64,000 nucleotides of DNA, taken from positions 319-64,318 of the forward strand of contig NZ_JAQVCN010000025.1 in assembly GCF_028689785.1 (NCBI RefSeq), in the 5' to 3' direction. Under the pieces are notes generated by a model. The model saw only the letters and a list, made by a program, of their open reading frames with translations, did no database searches and was not told the origin of the DNA. Shown piece by piece: positions 29,168 through 38,291 of the stretch (within the stretch, counting starts at the first letter, position 1; every line of letters starts with the position of its first letter). The stretch is from Zoogloea sp. Lineage in GTDB: Bacteria > Pseudomonadota > Gammaproteobacteria > Burkholderiales > Rhodocyclaceae. Made by a program: the position numbers and the translations under genes.

Positions 29168-30219
29168 GCATGAAACGCGTTTCCTTGGCTGCACTGTTTC
29201 TGGCCGGATATGCGCTTCCGGTCCATGCGGCGCCAACCCTGCCGGCCATGGGGGCCCGGGGCGATGCCGTCACCGTGTCGGGAATTTCGTCGGGTGGCTA
29301 TATGGCGGTGCAGTTCCAGGTGGCCTTTTCGAGCCTGGTCAAGGGCGCCGGGGTGCTGGCGGCGGGGCCCTATGACTGCGCCGAGGGCAGTACCTGGCGT
29401 GCCCTCAACAACTGCATGACGCCCAAGAGCTGGGCGCTGCCGCCGACGCCCGAGTCCATCAAGCCGCGCATGGAGTCCCGTGCCCGGCTGGGTCTGATCG
29501 ACCCGCCTACCGGGCTGGCCGACGACAAGGTGTGGGTGCTTACCGGGGGTGCCGACCACACGGTGGAGCGCCCCGTGGTGGATGCACTGGTGGCTTTCTA
29601 CCGGCAGTGGATGCCCGCCGGGGCCATTCGCCTGGTGCCTTTGCCGGATGCGGGCCATGCCATGATCTCGGTATCCGATACGCGGCCCAATGCCTGCGCC
29701 ACCTCGGAGCCGCCCTTCATCAACCGCTGCGGTGACTTCGATGCCCCGGGAGAACTGCTCGGCCATCTGCTCGGCCCGCTGAAGCCCAAATCCACAGGGC
29801 GTCCCGAGTCGCTGGTGGCCTTTGACCAGCGCCCCTTCATTGCCGGCCGGCCTGTGGACATCAGCATGGCGGAGCAGGGTTTTGCCTATATTCCGGCCGC
29901 CTGCCGCTCGGGGGGCTGCCAGGTGCACGTGGCTTTCCATGGCTGCCGCCAGAGTGAAGACCAGGTGGGACGCCGTTTTGTGGAGGGCGCCGGCTACAAC
30001 GCCTGGGCAGAGAGCAACCGGCTGGTGGTGCTCTATCCCCAGACGGTGGCCCGTAGCGGGCCGGCGGCGGGTTCTCTGCGCTGGGTGTACAACCCGAAAG
30101 GCTGCTGGGACTGGTGGGGCTACGCCTCCCTAGATTACGCCACCCGCAACGGACCGCAGATGGCCGCGGTGCGCAAGATGGTCGCCCGTCTGGCCGAGGC
30201 GCGGGAGCGCCCCAATTGA
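29164..30219 (+). CDS. Extracellular PHB depolymerase-like esterase (catalytic domain only)
   Basis: Signal peptide; VSGISSGGYMA lipase box, GPYDCA, VAFHGCRQ, NPKGCWDWWGY; ATGA overlap with the MAPEG stop. Confidence 0.82.
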   Translation: MSMKRVSLAALFLAGYALPVHAAPTLPAMGARGDAVTVSGISSGGYMAVQFQVAFSSLVKGAGVLAAGPYDCAEGSTWRALNNCMTPKSWALPPTPESIKPRMESRARLGLIDPPTGLADDKVWVLTGGADHTVERPVVDALVAFYRQWMPAGAIRLVPLPDAGHAMISVSDTRPNACATSEPPFINRCGDFDAPGELLGHLLGPLKPKSTGRPESLVAFDQRPFIAGRPVDISMAEQGFAYIPAACRSGGCQVHVAFHGCRQSEDQVGRRFVEGAGYNAWAESNRLVVLYPQTVARSGPAAGSLRWVYNPKGCWDWWGYASLDYATRNGPQMAAVRKMVARLAEARERPN

Positions 30220-30285
30220 GGTCATGGGAATGAACCTGATTCCGCGGTTTCTCTCTCTGAAACCATGATGCTGGATGGAAGGTCT

Positions 30286-30371
30286 GTGGGGTCGAGTTCA
30301 TTCGACCGCGGACTTCCGCTCAACGGCTTGCCGTAATTTCAAGCCCGGAGGTCGAGTAAATTCGACCCCAC
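30286..30371. repeat. REP doublet (REPIN-like) copy 1
   Basis: GTGGGGTCGAGTTCATTCGACC plus inverted GGTCGAGTAAATTCGACCCCAC; 86 bp between convergent genes. Confidence 0.8.
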
Positions 30372-30379
30372 AGGAGATG

Positions 30380-31156
30380 CTACTTCTCGACGAAGGCCCG
30401 CTCAATCACGTAGTCGCCGGGGGCGCCGATGTGGGGCGAAATCTTGAAGCCGCGGGCGTCGAGCATCTTGCAGCAGTCGTCGAGCATGGCCGGGCTGCCG
30501 CAGATCATGGCCCGGTCAAAAGCCGGGTCAAGGGGCGGCAGGCCGGTGTCTTCGAAGAACTTGCCGGTAGTGATCAGGTCGGTGACGCGGCCCTGGTTGC
30601 GGAATTCCTCGCGGGTCACCGTGGGGTAGTACACCAGCTTGTCCCGGACTTCCTCACCGAAGAACTCGTTCTGGGGCAGGTAGTCTTCGATGAACTCGCT
30701 GTAGGCCAGTTCGGACACATAGCGCACGCCGTGGAGGAGCACCACCTTGTCGAAGCGCTCGTAGGTCTCCGGGTCCTGGATCACGCTCATGAAGGGGGCC
30801 AGGCCGGTGCCGGTGGAAAACAGGTAGAGGTTGCGGCCGGGCAGCAGATCGTGGAGTACCAGGGTGCCGGTGGGCTTCTTGCTGATCACGATGGGGTCGC
30901 CAGGCTGCAGGTGCTGCAGGCGCGAGGTCAGGGGGCCGTTGGGCACCTTGATGCTGAAGAACTCCAGGTGCTCTTCATAGTTGGGGCTGGCGATGCTGTA
31001 GGCGCGGGTCAGGGGGCGGCCTTCCACTTCGAGGCCGATCATCACGAACTGGCCGTTCTCGAAACGCAGGCCAGCGTCGCGGGTGACCTTGAAGCTGAAA
31101 AGGGAGTCGTTCCAGTGGTGGACGGACAAAACGGTCTGGGTACTCAGTTTGCTCAT
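30380..31156 (-). CDS. fpr: Ferredoxin-NADP+ reductase
   Basis: VHHWNDSLFSF, RAYSIASPNYEEHLEFFSIKV, STGTGLAPF, MICGSPAML, YVIERAFVEK. Confidence 0.96.
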   Translation of the reverse strand: MSKLSTQTVLSVHHWNDSLFSFKVTRDAGLRFENGQFVMIGLEVEGRPLTRAYSIASPNYEEHLEFFSIKVPNGPLTSRLQHLQPGDPIVISKKPTGTLVLHDLLPGRNLYLFSTGTGLAPFMSVIQDPETYERFDKVVLLHGVRYVSELAYSEFIEDYLPQNEFFGEEVRDKLVYYPTVTREEFRNQGRVTDLITTGKFFEDTGLPPLDPAFDRAMICGSPAMLDDCCKMLDARGFKISPHIGAPGDYVIERAFVEK

Positions 31157-31209
31157 GACAGGGCGTGCTCGGGTTGGCGTTGATTTGCCCATTTTAGTGA
31201 GCGCAGTCA

Positions 31210-31255
31210 ATCTGTAAAATGGATTGTATTGATATATGTATTCCATTTTACAGAT
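31210..31255. promoter_or_regulatory. Perfect 14-bp inverted repeat in the fpr/finR intergenic region (candidate operator)
   Basis: ATCTGTAAAATGGA-N18-TCCATTTTACAGAT, ending at the base before the LysR ATG. Confidence 0.6.
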
Positions 31256-32182
31256 ATGAAATACACCCTGCGCCAGCTTGAGATCTTTCTCGCCGTGGCC
31301 CGCCACGAAAGCGTGTCACGGGCTGCGGAAGAGCTGTCCCTGTCCCAGTCTGCGACGAGCACGGCCCTGGGCGAACTGGAGCGGCAGTTCGACACCCAGC
31401 TTTTCGACCGTATCGGCAAGGCCCTGCGCCTCAATGAGCTGGGGCAGGTGGTACAGCCCCACGCGGTGCAGCTCATCGAGCATGCTCAGGAGATCGAAGG
31501 CATGCTGGCCCGGCAGACCGACTTTGGCCCCCTGCAGATCGGCGCCACCCTGACCGTGGGCAATTACCTGGCCACGCTGATTGCTGCCGATTTCCTGCGT
31601 GACCACCCAAGCGCCCGGGTGAGGCTGACTGTCCACAATTCGGCCACCATCGTCCAGCAGCTGATCCGCTATGAGCTTGATCTGGGGCTGATCGAGGGGA
31701 GCTGCCGTCATCCCGACCTGCTCGTCGAGCCCTGGGTGGAGGACGAACTGGTGGTGTTCTGTGCGCCCGGGCATGTCATGGCCCATGGCCGCCCGGTGGA
31801 CACGGATGAACTGGCTGGGCAAGACTGGATTTTGCGGGAGATCGGCTCGGGTACCCGTGAGACCTTCGATCAGGCGCTACGGCATTTCTCCGGGGAGGTG
31901 AAGGTGCGCCTGGAGCTTGAGCATACCGAGGCCATCAAGCGCGCTGTGGAGAGCGGCCTGGGCATTGGCTGCATATCGAGGCTTGCCCTGCGCGACGCCT
32001 TTCGCCGGGGCAGCCTGGTGCCCATCGATACGCCGCAACTCGACCTGCGTCGTCAGTTCCAGTTTGTGACCCACCGGCGCAAGTACGTGACCGCCGGCAT
32101 GCGGGAGTTCATCGCCCTGTGCCGGAAGATGACCGCGGGAGTGACGCGCAGCGACCTGATCGACTTGCCCTACGTTCCCTGA
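31256..32182 (+). CDS. finR: LysR-family regulator divergent from fpr (FinR-like)
   Basis: MKYTLRQLEIF HTH; IGATLTVGNYL, LELEHTEAIKRAVESGLGIGCIS; divergent fpr arrangement as in Pseudomonas finR-fpr. Confidence 0.85.
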   Translation: MKYTLRQLEIFLAVARHESVSRAAEELSLSQSATSTALGELERQFDTQLFDRIGKALRLNELGQVVQPHAVQLIEHAQEIEGMLARQTDFGPLQIGATLTVGNYLATLIAADFLRDHPSARVRLTVHNSATIVQQLIRYELDLGLIEGSCRHPDLLVEPWVEDELVVFCAPGHVMAHGRPVDTDELAGQDWILREIGSGTRETFDQALRHFSGEVKVRLELEHTEAIKRAVESGLGIGCISRLALRDAFRRGSLVPIDTPQLDLRRQFQFVTHRRKYVTAGMREFIALCRKMTAGVTRSDLIDLPYVP

Positions 32183-32195
32183 GTCCTCCAACCCT

Positions 32196-32580
32196 TGTGG
32201 GAAAGTCTCCGGGAATTCACACAGAGCGTGGGCAAGCCTGTGGACAAGATGTGGGGGGCGCTGTCATCTACCGGACACATAAGGGAATTTTGTTGCTGCC
32301 TAAAAATAGGGCAATTCTGTTGATTCAGTGGCTTGAATAGTTTTTATCTATTCACAAAAATCCGGGGATAAGTTGTGAATAAGCTGTGCGGCGGTGCAGC
32401 ATTGCATTGATATTAAAGAAAAAAGACGCTCTGCCACAAAATGGGGCAGGGCTTGTCCAGTGTGGTGCGGGGGCAAATTGTCCCCATGGGGCGTGGGCAA
32501 GGGTGTGGACAAACTGTGGGGTTGGGCGGCAAGGCCTTCACCCGTAAGGCTTTTGTTTGGCTGCCTAAAAAATAGGCAGC
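32196..32580. promoter_or_regulatory. DnaA-box cluster (three modules) with Fis- and IHF-like sites
   Basis: TGTGAATAA (32374), TGTGGACAA (32239, 32504), CTATTCACA (32348), TTGTCCCCA (32478) and weaker boxes; GCCTAAAAAATAGGC (32563) and GCCTAAAAATAGGGC (32298). Confidence 0.7.
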
Positions 32581-32662
32581 GGGGTGGCGGCATCTTCCGG
32601 GGCGGGGCGTCTGGCCTTTGCTAGAATCCGGGCCACTCCTGCTTTTCCGGCTTGTACCTCCT

Positions 32663-34447
32663 ATGACCTCTCCCGTCCGCTACACCATCCAGGCCGTCCA
32701 TCCCGCCGCGCATCTGTTTGAAGTCAGCCTGCAGCTCGACGCCCCGGATCCGGCCGGGCAGGTGTTCACCCTGCCAGCCTGGATTCCCGGCAGTTACATG
32801 ATCCGGGAGTTCGCCAGGAACATCGTCAGCCTGTCGGCCAGGGCTGGCCGGCAGGAGCTGGAGGTCACGCGACCCGACAAGCACACCTGGCAACTGCCGG
32901 CGGGCATCCAGGGCCCCGTGAGCCTGCGCTACACCGTATATGCCTGGGATCTGTCGGTGCGCACGGCCCACCTCGATCAGACCCACGGCTTCTTCAACGG
33001 CACCAGCGTCTTCCTGTGTGCCCGCGGCCATGAGGGGCGGGCACACCTGGTGGACATCCGCCCCCCGGTGGGCATGGAGGACGCGGGCTGGCGGGTGGCC
33101 ACCAGCCTGCCCGAGGCCGAGGGCGAGAAGGGCGCAGCCGAGCGTTACGGCTTCGGCCTGTACCGGGCGCCGGACTACGATGCCCTGATCGATCACCCGG
33201 TGGAAATGGGGCGCTTCAGTCTGGCCGAGTTTGATGCCTGCGGGGTGCCCCATGCGGTGGCCATCACCGGCCGCCATGACTGCGACCTGGGGCGCCTGGT
33301 GGAAGACCTCAAGCCCATCTGTGAGGCGCAGATCCGCCTGTTCGGCGAACCGGCGCCGATGGACCGCTACGTGTTCCTGGTCATGGCGGTGGGGGACGGC
33401 TATGGCGGGCTGGAGCACCGGGCTTCCACCGCCCTGTTATGCAGCCGCGCCGATCTGCCTTACGTGGGTATGGACGCGCCGGGCGAAGGCTATCGTCAGT
33501 TTCTGGGCCTGTGCAGTCACGAGTACTTTCACACCTGGAATGTCAAGCGCATCAAGCCGGCAGCCTTCGTGCCCTACGACCTGTCCCGGGAGAACTACAC
33601 CCGCCTGCTGTGGGCCTTCGAAGGCTTCACCTCGTACTACGATGATCTGATGCTGGTGCGCAGCGGGCGTATCAGCGTGGCCGATTACCTGGGGCTGCTG
33701 GGCAAGACCATCACCCAGGTGCACAAGGGCAGTGGCCGCCGCAAGCAGAGTGTGGCCGAGTCGTCCTTCGGGGCGTGGACCAAGTATTACCGTCAGGACG
33801 AGAACAGCCCCAATGCCATCGTCAGCTATTACACCAAGGGTTCCCTGGTGGCCTTGCTCCTCGATCTGCGCCTGCGCGTGGAAAGCGGGGGTGCTCGCAG
33901 TCTCGATGATCTCATGCGGGCCCTGTGGCAGCGCCATGGCCAGACCGGGGTGGGGGTGGCCGAGGATGGCCTGTTTACGTTGGTAGCGGAGCTGGGCGGT
34001 GAGGAAACGGGCCGCTGGCTGCAGGCCCTGGTGGAGGGTACCGATGAACTGCCCCTGGAGGCCTGGCTGAAGCGGGTGGACGTAGGCCTGGCCTGGGAAG
34101 CCGCGGCAGCGGCGCCCGGCCTGGGCGCACGTACCGCGGCCGAGGGTGATGCGCTGCGCCTGGCCAATGTCTTCGATGGCGGTGCCGCCCAGGCGGCGGG
34201 CCTGTCGGCGGGGGATGTGCTGGTGGCCCTGGATGGCTTGAAGGTGAGCGCGGGCAATCTGGACAAGCTGCTGGCCCGCCGCCTGCCGGGTGAGGTGGTG
34301 GAGATCCACGCCTTCCGCCGGGACGAACTGATGCGTTTCGAGCTGAGCCTGCAGGAGGCGCCCCGGGATACGGCCAGGCTGAGCCTGGTGGAGGAGGGTG
34401 GCAGCCCGGCGCACCAGGCGCTCAGGGAGGCCTGGCTGGGGCGTTGA
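32663..34447 (+). CDS. M61 family glycyl aminopeptidase with C-terminal PDZ domain
   Basis: LPAWIPGSYMIREF, GGLEHRAS, CSHEYFHTWNVKRIKP, WAFEGFTSYYD, SYYTKG; PDZ AQAAGLSAGD. Confidence 0.93.
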   Translation: MTSPVRYTIQAVHPAAHLFEVSLQLDAPDPAGQVFTLPAWIPGSYMIREFARNIVSLSARAGRQELEVTRPDKHTWQLPAGIQGPVSLRYTVYAWDLSVRTAHLDQTHGFFNGTSVFLCARGHEGRAHLVDIRPPVGMEDAGWRVATSLPEAEGEKGAAERYGFGLYRAPDYDALIDHPVEMGRFSLAEFDACGVPHAVAITGRHDCDLGRLVEDLKPICEAQIRLFGEPAPMDRYVFLVMAVGDGYGGLEHRASTALLCSRADLPYVGMDAPGEGYRQFLGLCSHEYFHTWNVKRIKPAAFVPYDLSRENYTRLLWAFEGFTSYYDDLMLVRSGRISVADYLGLLGKTITQVHKGSGRRKQSVAESSFGAWTKYYRQDENSPNAIVSYYTKGSLVALLLDLRLRVESGGARSLDDLMRALWQRHGQTGVGVAEDGLFTLVAELGGEETGRWLQALVEGTDELPLEAWLKRVDVGLAWEAAAAAPGLGARTAAEGDALRLANVFDGGAAQAAGLSAGDVLVALDGLKVSAGNLDKLLARRLPGEVVEIHAFRRDELMRFELSLQEAPRDTARLSLVEEGGSPAHQALREAWLGR

Positions 34448-34484
34448 AACCCCTGCTGTCCTCGTCGGGCGGGTTTGGGCTCGC

Positions 34485-35180
34485 TTAGAGGAAGCGGTCG
34501 GGGGTCAGGCGCAGGCCGAAGGAGAACCAGCGGTTATCGGTCGGGCCGTGCAGTTCGCGCCCGAAGGTGGCGTCCACCTGGATGCGCTCCGGCACGATGG
34601 CGAAGCGGGCGCCCGCCTGCCAGAAAGGGCCGTTGCGATTGTCGCCGAAGGCCTCGGCAATGGCCGTGACCCGCGTGCTTACGTGAAACTCGCCGCCCAC
34701 ACCCCAGGTCAGGCGGTGGTCGCAGCTGGCCTTGTCTTTCAGCCAGCCCAGGTTGTGGTGGATAACAACTTTGTCGTCGGCGAAGGAGAAGGAAACCGGC
34801 ACATAGACGAAAGTGTTGCCGAGCAAGTTGGGACCGGGGTTGATGTCCGGATGCTGCACACTGCCCGCGGCCAGCCCCCAGCCCCAGCCATTGGTCTCCA
34901 GGGGGCGAAAGAGCGTCTTGAACTGGAACATGTAGTCCCGGGTGGCGTTCTCGCCGCTGTTTTTGGCGTGCCCACCGCCGAAAGTGAACTCCAGGTTGCC
35001 CCATGGGTTGCAGGCCGGCAGGGCCCACACTTCACGGCTTTCGGGATAGACCCGCATCCAGCTCTCGAGCTGGCAGCTGCCGGCGGTGGTCATGCGGGCG
35101 TCGTCGGTCACGAAGGGGCGGGCGGCCAGGGCGGGCAGGGCGACGGCCTGGAGCAGGCCCAGCAGGGCGATTCTTTTCAT
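34485..35180 (-). CDS. Exported, probable outer-membrane beta-barrel protein of unknown function
   Basis: Signal peptide ending ALA-ARPFVTDDA; amphipathic beta-strand pattern; three Cys. Confidence 0.6.
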   Translation of the reverse strand: MKRIALLGLLQAVALPALAARPFVTDDARMTTAGSCQLESWMRVYPESREVWALPACNPWGNLEFTFGGGHAKNSGENATRDYMFQFKTLFRPLETNGWGWGLAAGSVQHPDINPGPNLLGNTFVYVPVSFSFADDKVVIHHNLGWLKDKASCDHRLTWGVGGEFHVSTRVTAIAEAFGDNRNGPFWQAGARFAIVPERIQVDATFGRELHGPTDNRWFSFGLRLTPDRFL

Positions 35181-35204
35181 CGTGTGAAGCGTAAGGTCGG
35201 TCTG

Positions 35205-36584
35205 TTATCCCGTCGTGACAGGGTGGGCCCCGTTGCGCGAGACGACGTGCAGGTAGGCGCCGAACAGCAACGCAGCGGCCACGTTGCTGAGCACGCAGGC
35301 CTGCCAGAAACCGGCCACCCCCTGGGGGGGCAACAGGCTGCCGAGGCCGTGGTAGGCCAGCCCGTAGCCTCCGGCCAGGCCGATACCCCAGAAACACAGG
35401 GTGTGCACGAGCATGGGGCCGAAGGTGATCTTGTAGCCACGCAGGGCATGGGCGGCGACAGTCTGGATGGCGTCGAAGAACTGATACAGGCAGATGTAGA
35501 TCACCAGAGACACAGCCAGGCTGTTCACTGCCGGATCGGCGGTATAGGCCGCCATCAGCCCATCCCGGAACACCCAGGCGACGATGCTGACCAGGGTCGA
35601 CAGGCCCGTGGCCAGCAGGATGCCGACCCGTGCCGCCTGCCTTGCAGCATGCCCGTCCCGGGCGCCGAGGGCCTGGCCGACCAGCACCAGGGTGGCAATG
35701 GCCAGGGCCAGGGGCAGCATGTAGATGAGGGCCGACAGGTTGCCGACGATGCGGTGTCCGGCCACCACCGTGGCGCCGAGCCGGGCCACCAGCAAGGCGA
35801 TCAGGGTGAAGGCGGTGATCTCGACGAAGCTGGAGAAACCCATGGGTAGGCCGAGGCGCAGCAGTTCGCCGATGGGCCCGGCCTGGGGGCGGGACCATCT
35901 GGAGAACAGCGGATAGGCCGTATAGGCCGGGGAGCGCAGCACGTGCAGGCCGGCACACAGCAGCGCCAGCCAGCCCATGCAGGCACTGGAGACGGCACAG
36001 CCGGTGCCCCCGAGGGCGGGGATGCCCGGCAGCTGTCCGTTGATCAGGGCCCATGAGAGGGGGATGTGCACGCCAGTGGTGGTCAGGCTGATCACCATCA
36101 GCACCCGGGTGCGGCCCAGAGCGTTGGTGAAGGCGTAGAAGGTGCGGTAGAGCAGCACCGCCGGCAGCCCCCAGGCGATTGTGGACAGGTAGTCCCGGGC
36201 GCCGGCCTCGACTTCCGGGCTGATCTCGGAGATCTGCATCAGCCAGTCCGGGTGGCGCAGGAACAGCACCGCGGGGATGGTCAGGCCCAGGGCCAGCCAG
36301 AAGCCCTGCTGCACCGCCGGTGCGATGGCGTCCTTGCGTCCGGCACCCACGTGGTGGGCCACGGTGGGGGAGACTGCCTGCAGGATGCCGACCATCAGCA
36401 TCACGATGGAGATGTAGATGCCACTGCCGACGGCTACGGCGGCCAGATCAGTGGTGCCATAGCGACCGGTCAGGACGGTGTCGCTGACCATTTGTGTCAT
36501 CGACGACAGCTGGGCGATCAGCACCGGCCAAGCGAGGTCGATGATGCGACGGGCGAGGCCGGGTTGGGCAGTGGTGTGGCTCAT
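35205..36584 (-). CDS. MATE family efflux transporter (NorM-like)
   Basis: LAWPVLIAQL, DTVLTGRYGTTDLAAVAVG, LGLPMG...EITAF, FDAIQ...ALRGYK. Confidence 0.93.
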   Translation of the reverse strand: MSHTTAQPGLARRIIDLAWPVLIAQLSSMTQMVSDTVLTGRYGTTDLAAVAVGSGIYISIVMLMVGILQAVSPTVAHHVGAGRKDAIAPAVQQGFWLALGLTIPAVLFLRHPDWLMQISEISPEVEAGARDYLSTIAWGLPAVLLYRTFYAFTNALGRTRVLMVISLTTTGVHIPLSWALINGQLPGIPALGGTGCAVSSACMGWLALLCAGLHVLRSPAYTAYPLFSRWSRPQAGPIGELLRLGLPMGFSSFVEITAFTLIALLVARLGATVVAGHRIVGNLSALIYMLPLALAIATLVLVGQALGARDGHAARQAARVGILLATGLSTLVSIVAWVFRDGLMAAYTADPAVNSLAVSLVIYICLYQFFDAIQTVAAHALRGYKITFGPMLVHTLCFWGIGLAGGYGLAYHGLGSLLPPQGVAGFWQACVLSNVAAALLFGAYLHVVSRNGAHPVTTG

Positions 36585-36652
36585 GAGGGGAGTGTAACGA
36601 CTCGCAGGCGCACGGAGCGCGGAAGGGATGATGGAGAGCGTTGACACGCTTC

Positions 36653-36737
36653 CATGGGTCGAATTCATTCGACCGCGGACTTTGACCAGAGGCGTGCCGG
36701 TCATTGGCGTGCGCAGGTCGAATAATTTCGCCTTCAC
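36653..36737. repeat. REP doublet (REPIN-like) copy 2, degenerate
   Basis: GGGTCGAATTCATTCGACCGCGGAC ... GGTCGAATAATTTCGCCTTCAC. Confidence 0.72.
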
Positions 36738-36818
36738 GGGCGCTTCAGCCGCCGTAGGTGCAGTTGGAGCGCCCTTGTCGTTTCACTCGTAGGGTGAAAC
36801 GGGCTTGTTCACATGCTT

Positions 36819-38291
36819 TCAGTTGAAGTAGCCGTGGATAAACCAGCCGTGGGGAGGCTGACGTTCCTGGAAGATCCACACCAGGCAGTCGTCGTGACTG
36901 CGGGCGACGAAGTAGTCCCGATTGATGGTGGCCGCGGGCCCGTCCCACCAGCCGGCCTCGATGCGTTCTGGGCCTGTGAGCAGGCTCTCTGCTGCAGGGC
37001 GGGCGATGGGCCGAGGTGTGGCCAGCAACCATAGGGGGCGGGGCGATGAGGGCAGGTCGAGGGGGCCGGTGGGGGCAGCATTGCTGGTGGGAGAAGGATC
37101 AATCCAGCGCCAGGCCCGTTCGGGGCGGTGATCTGGATGGGGGGCCAGGCAGCGTACGGCATCATGGCCCAGACGGGCGCGCAGGGTAGCGAGAAGCAGG
37201 CCCGGGTCGCCCTGCTGTCCGTCGTCGCCATCGAAGAGATCGGTGCGGGGTGGAGTGAGCGGGTTGGGGTTGTCGGCTTCCAGACGCAGGGCATCCACGG
37301 GGGCAGGCAGGGGGTTGCGGGTAAGGTGCTCGCGGGCCAGCAGTTGACAGCGGGCCATGTCCTGGGACAGGGCGCCGAGAACGATCTCGTGGGGTTCCTC
37401 GTAGCCTTCATGGCCCTGGTAGTGGCGTTCGTATTCGAGTACCAGGGTGAAGCGCTCCAGCCCGGCCTGACGGGCGTCCAGCCAGCCGGAGAGGCCGGCC
37501 AGCAGGCGTCGCACGCCGAACAGCAGGGTGTCCACCTGGTCGGTAGGGGCTGGCAGAGGCAGGCGGGCGACGTAGCGTTCAGGGGGCACGAACCATGGGC
37601 GTGGGTCGGGGATGCGGGCGTAGGCCCGATCGAGCTGTGCGGTGACGGCTCGGGCATGACGTCGCGCCAAGCCGCTGCGGGGCAGGCGCCGCACGTCGGC
37701 CAGCACACGGGCGCCGATGCCGGTGAGCAGGTCCAGGCTGGCTGGTGTGGCCGGTTCGGCGCCATCTGCCAGGACTGCCAGGGGCAGAGGGTCGAGGGCG
37801 GAGGCCAGGCCGGCGTGAGTGTCGATCTGACTTCCCGGGGCACAGCGGGCCAGCCAGCGGGCCGCCAGCGGGGTGGGTGCGACGGCCAGTTGCCCGACAA
37901 AGCCGAGCTCTCCCAGGGTATCTCCGATGCGTGTGCAGAGGGGCGTGAGCCCCCCGAACAGACGCAGGCTGGGCTGTACTTCGAGCAGCAGGGTGTCGGG
38001 CGGGTCGAGGCTGATGCTGGAGGTGAAGCGACCAGCCCAGGTGGCGATATCGATCAGGGCGGCTCTTTCGAGGGCGGGGGCACGCTCCCGCAGGTGCAAT
38101 CCGGGAGCTAGGGCCAGAGCACTGGCGCGGCCCATCCCTGGCTCCACGCCGCATGCCATTGCCGTTGAATCCGCAGCCACCACGCGGAGTTGCGGGCGGG
38201 GGCCGAGAATGGCCAGCGGTGCGGCTTCACTGCGCCCCCGCGTGAAGACCTGCAGGGCCAGATCGGGCAGGACGAGGGCGCACCAGAGCAT
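36819..38291 (-). CDS. imuB: Y-family polymerase-like ImuB
   Basis: MLWCALVLPDLAL, AVAPTPLAARWLAR, RPLWLL...GPERIEAGWW, RDYF, WFIHGYF. Confidence 0.93.
   Translation of the reverse strand: MLWCALVLPDLALQVFTRGRSEAAPLAILGPRPQLRVVAADSTAMACGVEPGMGRASALALAPGLHLRERAPALERAALIDIATWAGRFTSSISLDPPDTLLLEVQPSLRLFGGLTPLCTRIGDTLGELGFVGQLAVAPTPLAARWLARCAPGSQIDTHAGLASALDPLPLAVLADGAEPATPASLDLLTGIGARVLADVRRLPRSGLARRHARAVTAQLDRAYARIPDPRPWFVPPERYVARLPLPAPTDQVDTLLFGVRRLLAGLSGWLDARQAGLERFTLVLEYERHYQGHEGYEEPHEIVLGALSQDMARCQLLAREHLTRNPLPAPVDALRLEADNPNPLTPPRTDLFDGDDGQQGDPGLLLATLRARLGHDAVRCLAPHPDHRPERAWRWIDPSPTSNAAPTGPLDLPSSPRPLWLLATPRPIARPAAESLLTGPERIEAGWWDGPAATINRDYFVARSHDDCLVWIFQERQPPHGWFIHGYFN

Noticed and set aside
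32196-32525. TGGG repeats read as MraZ boxes
   Set aside because: No mraZ/dcw cluster adjacent; the spacing and the perfect TGTGAATAA fit DnaA boxes better.
32196-32580. Calling this region oriC outright
   Set aside because: No dnaA/dnaN/gidA/parAB context and no clear 13-mer or DnaA-trio unwinding element; kept as a DARS-like or origin-like candidate only.
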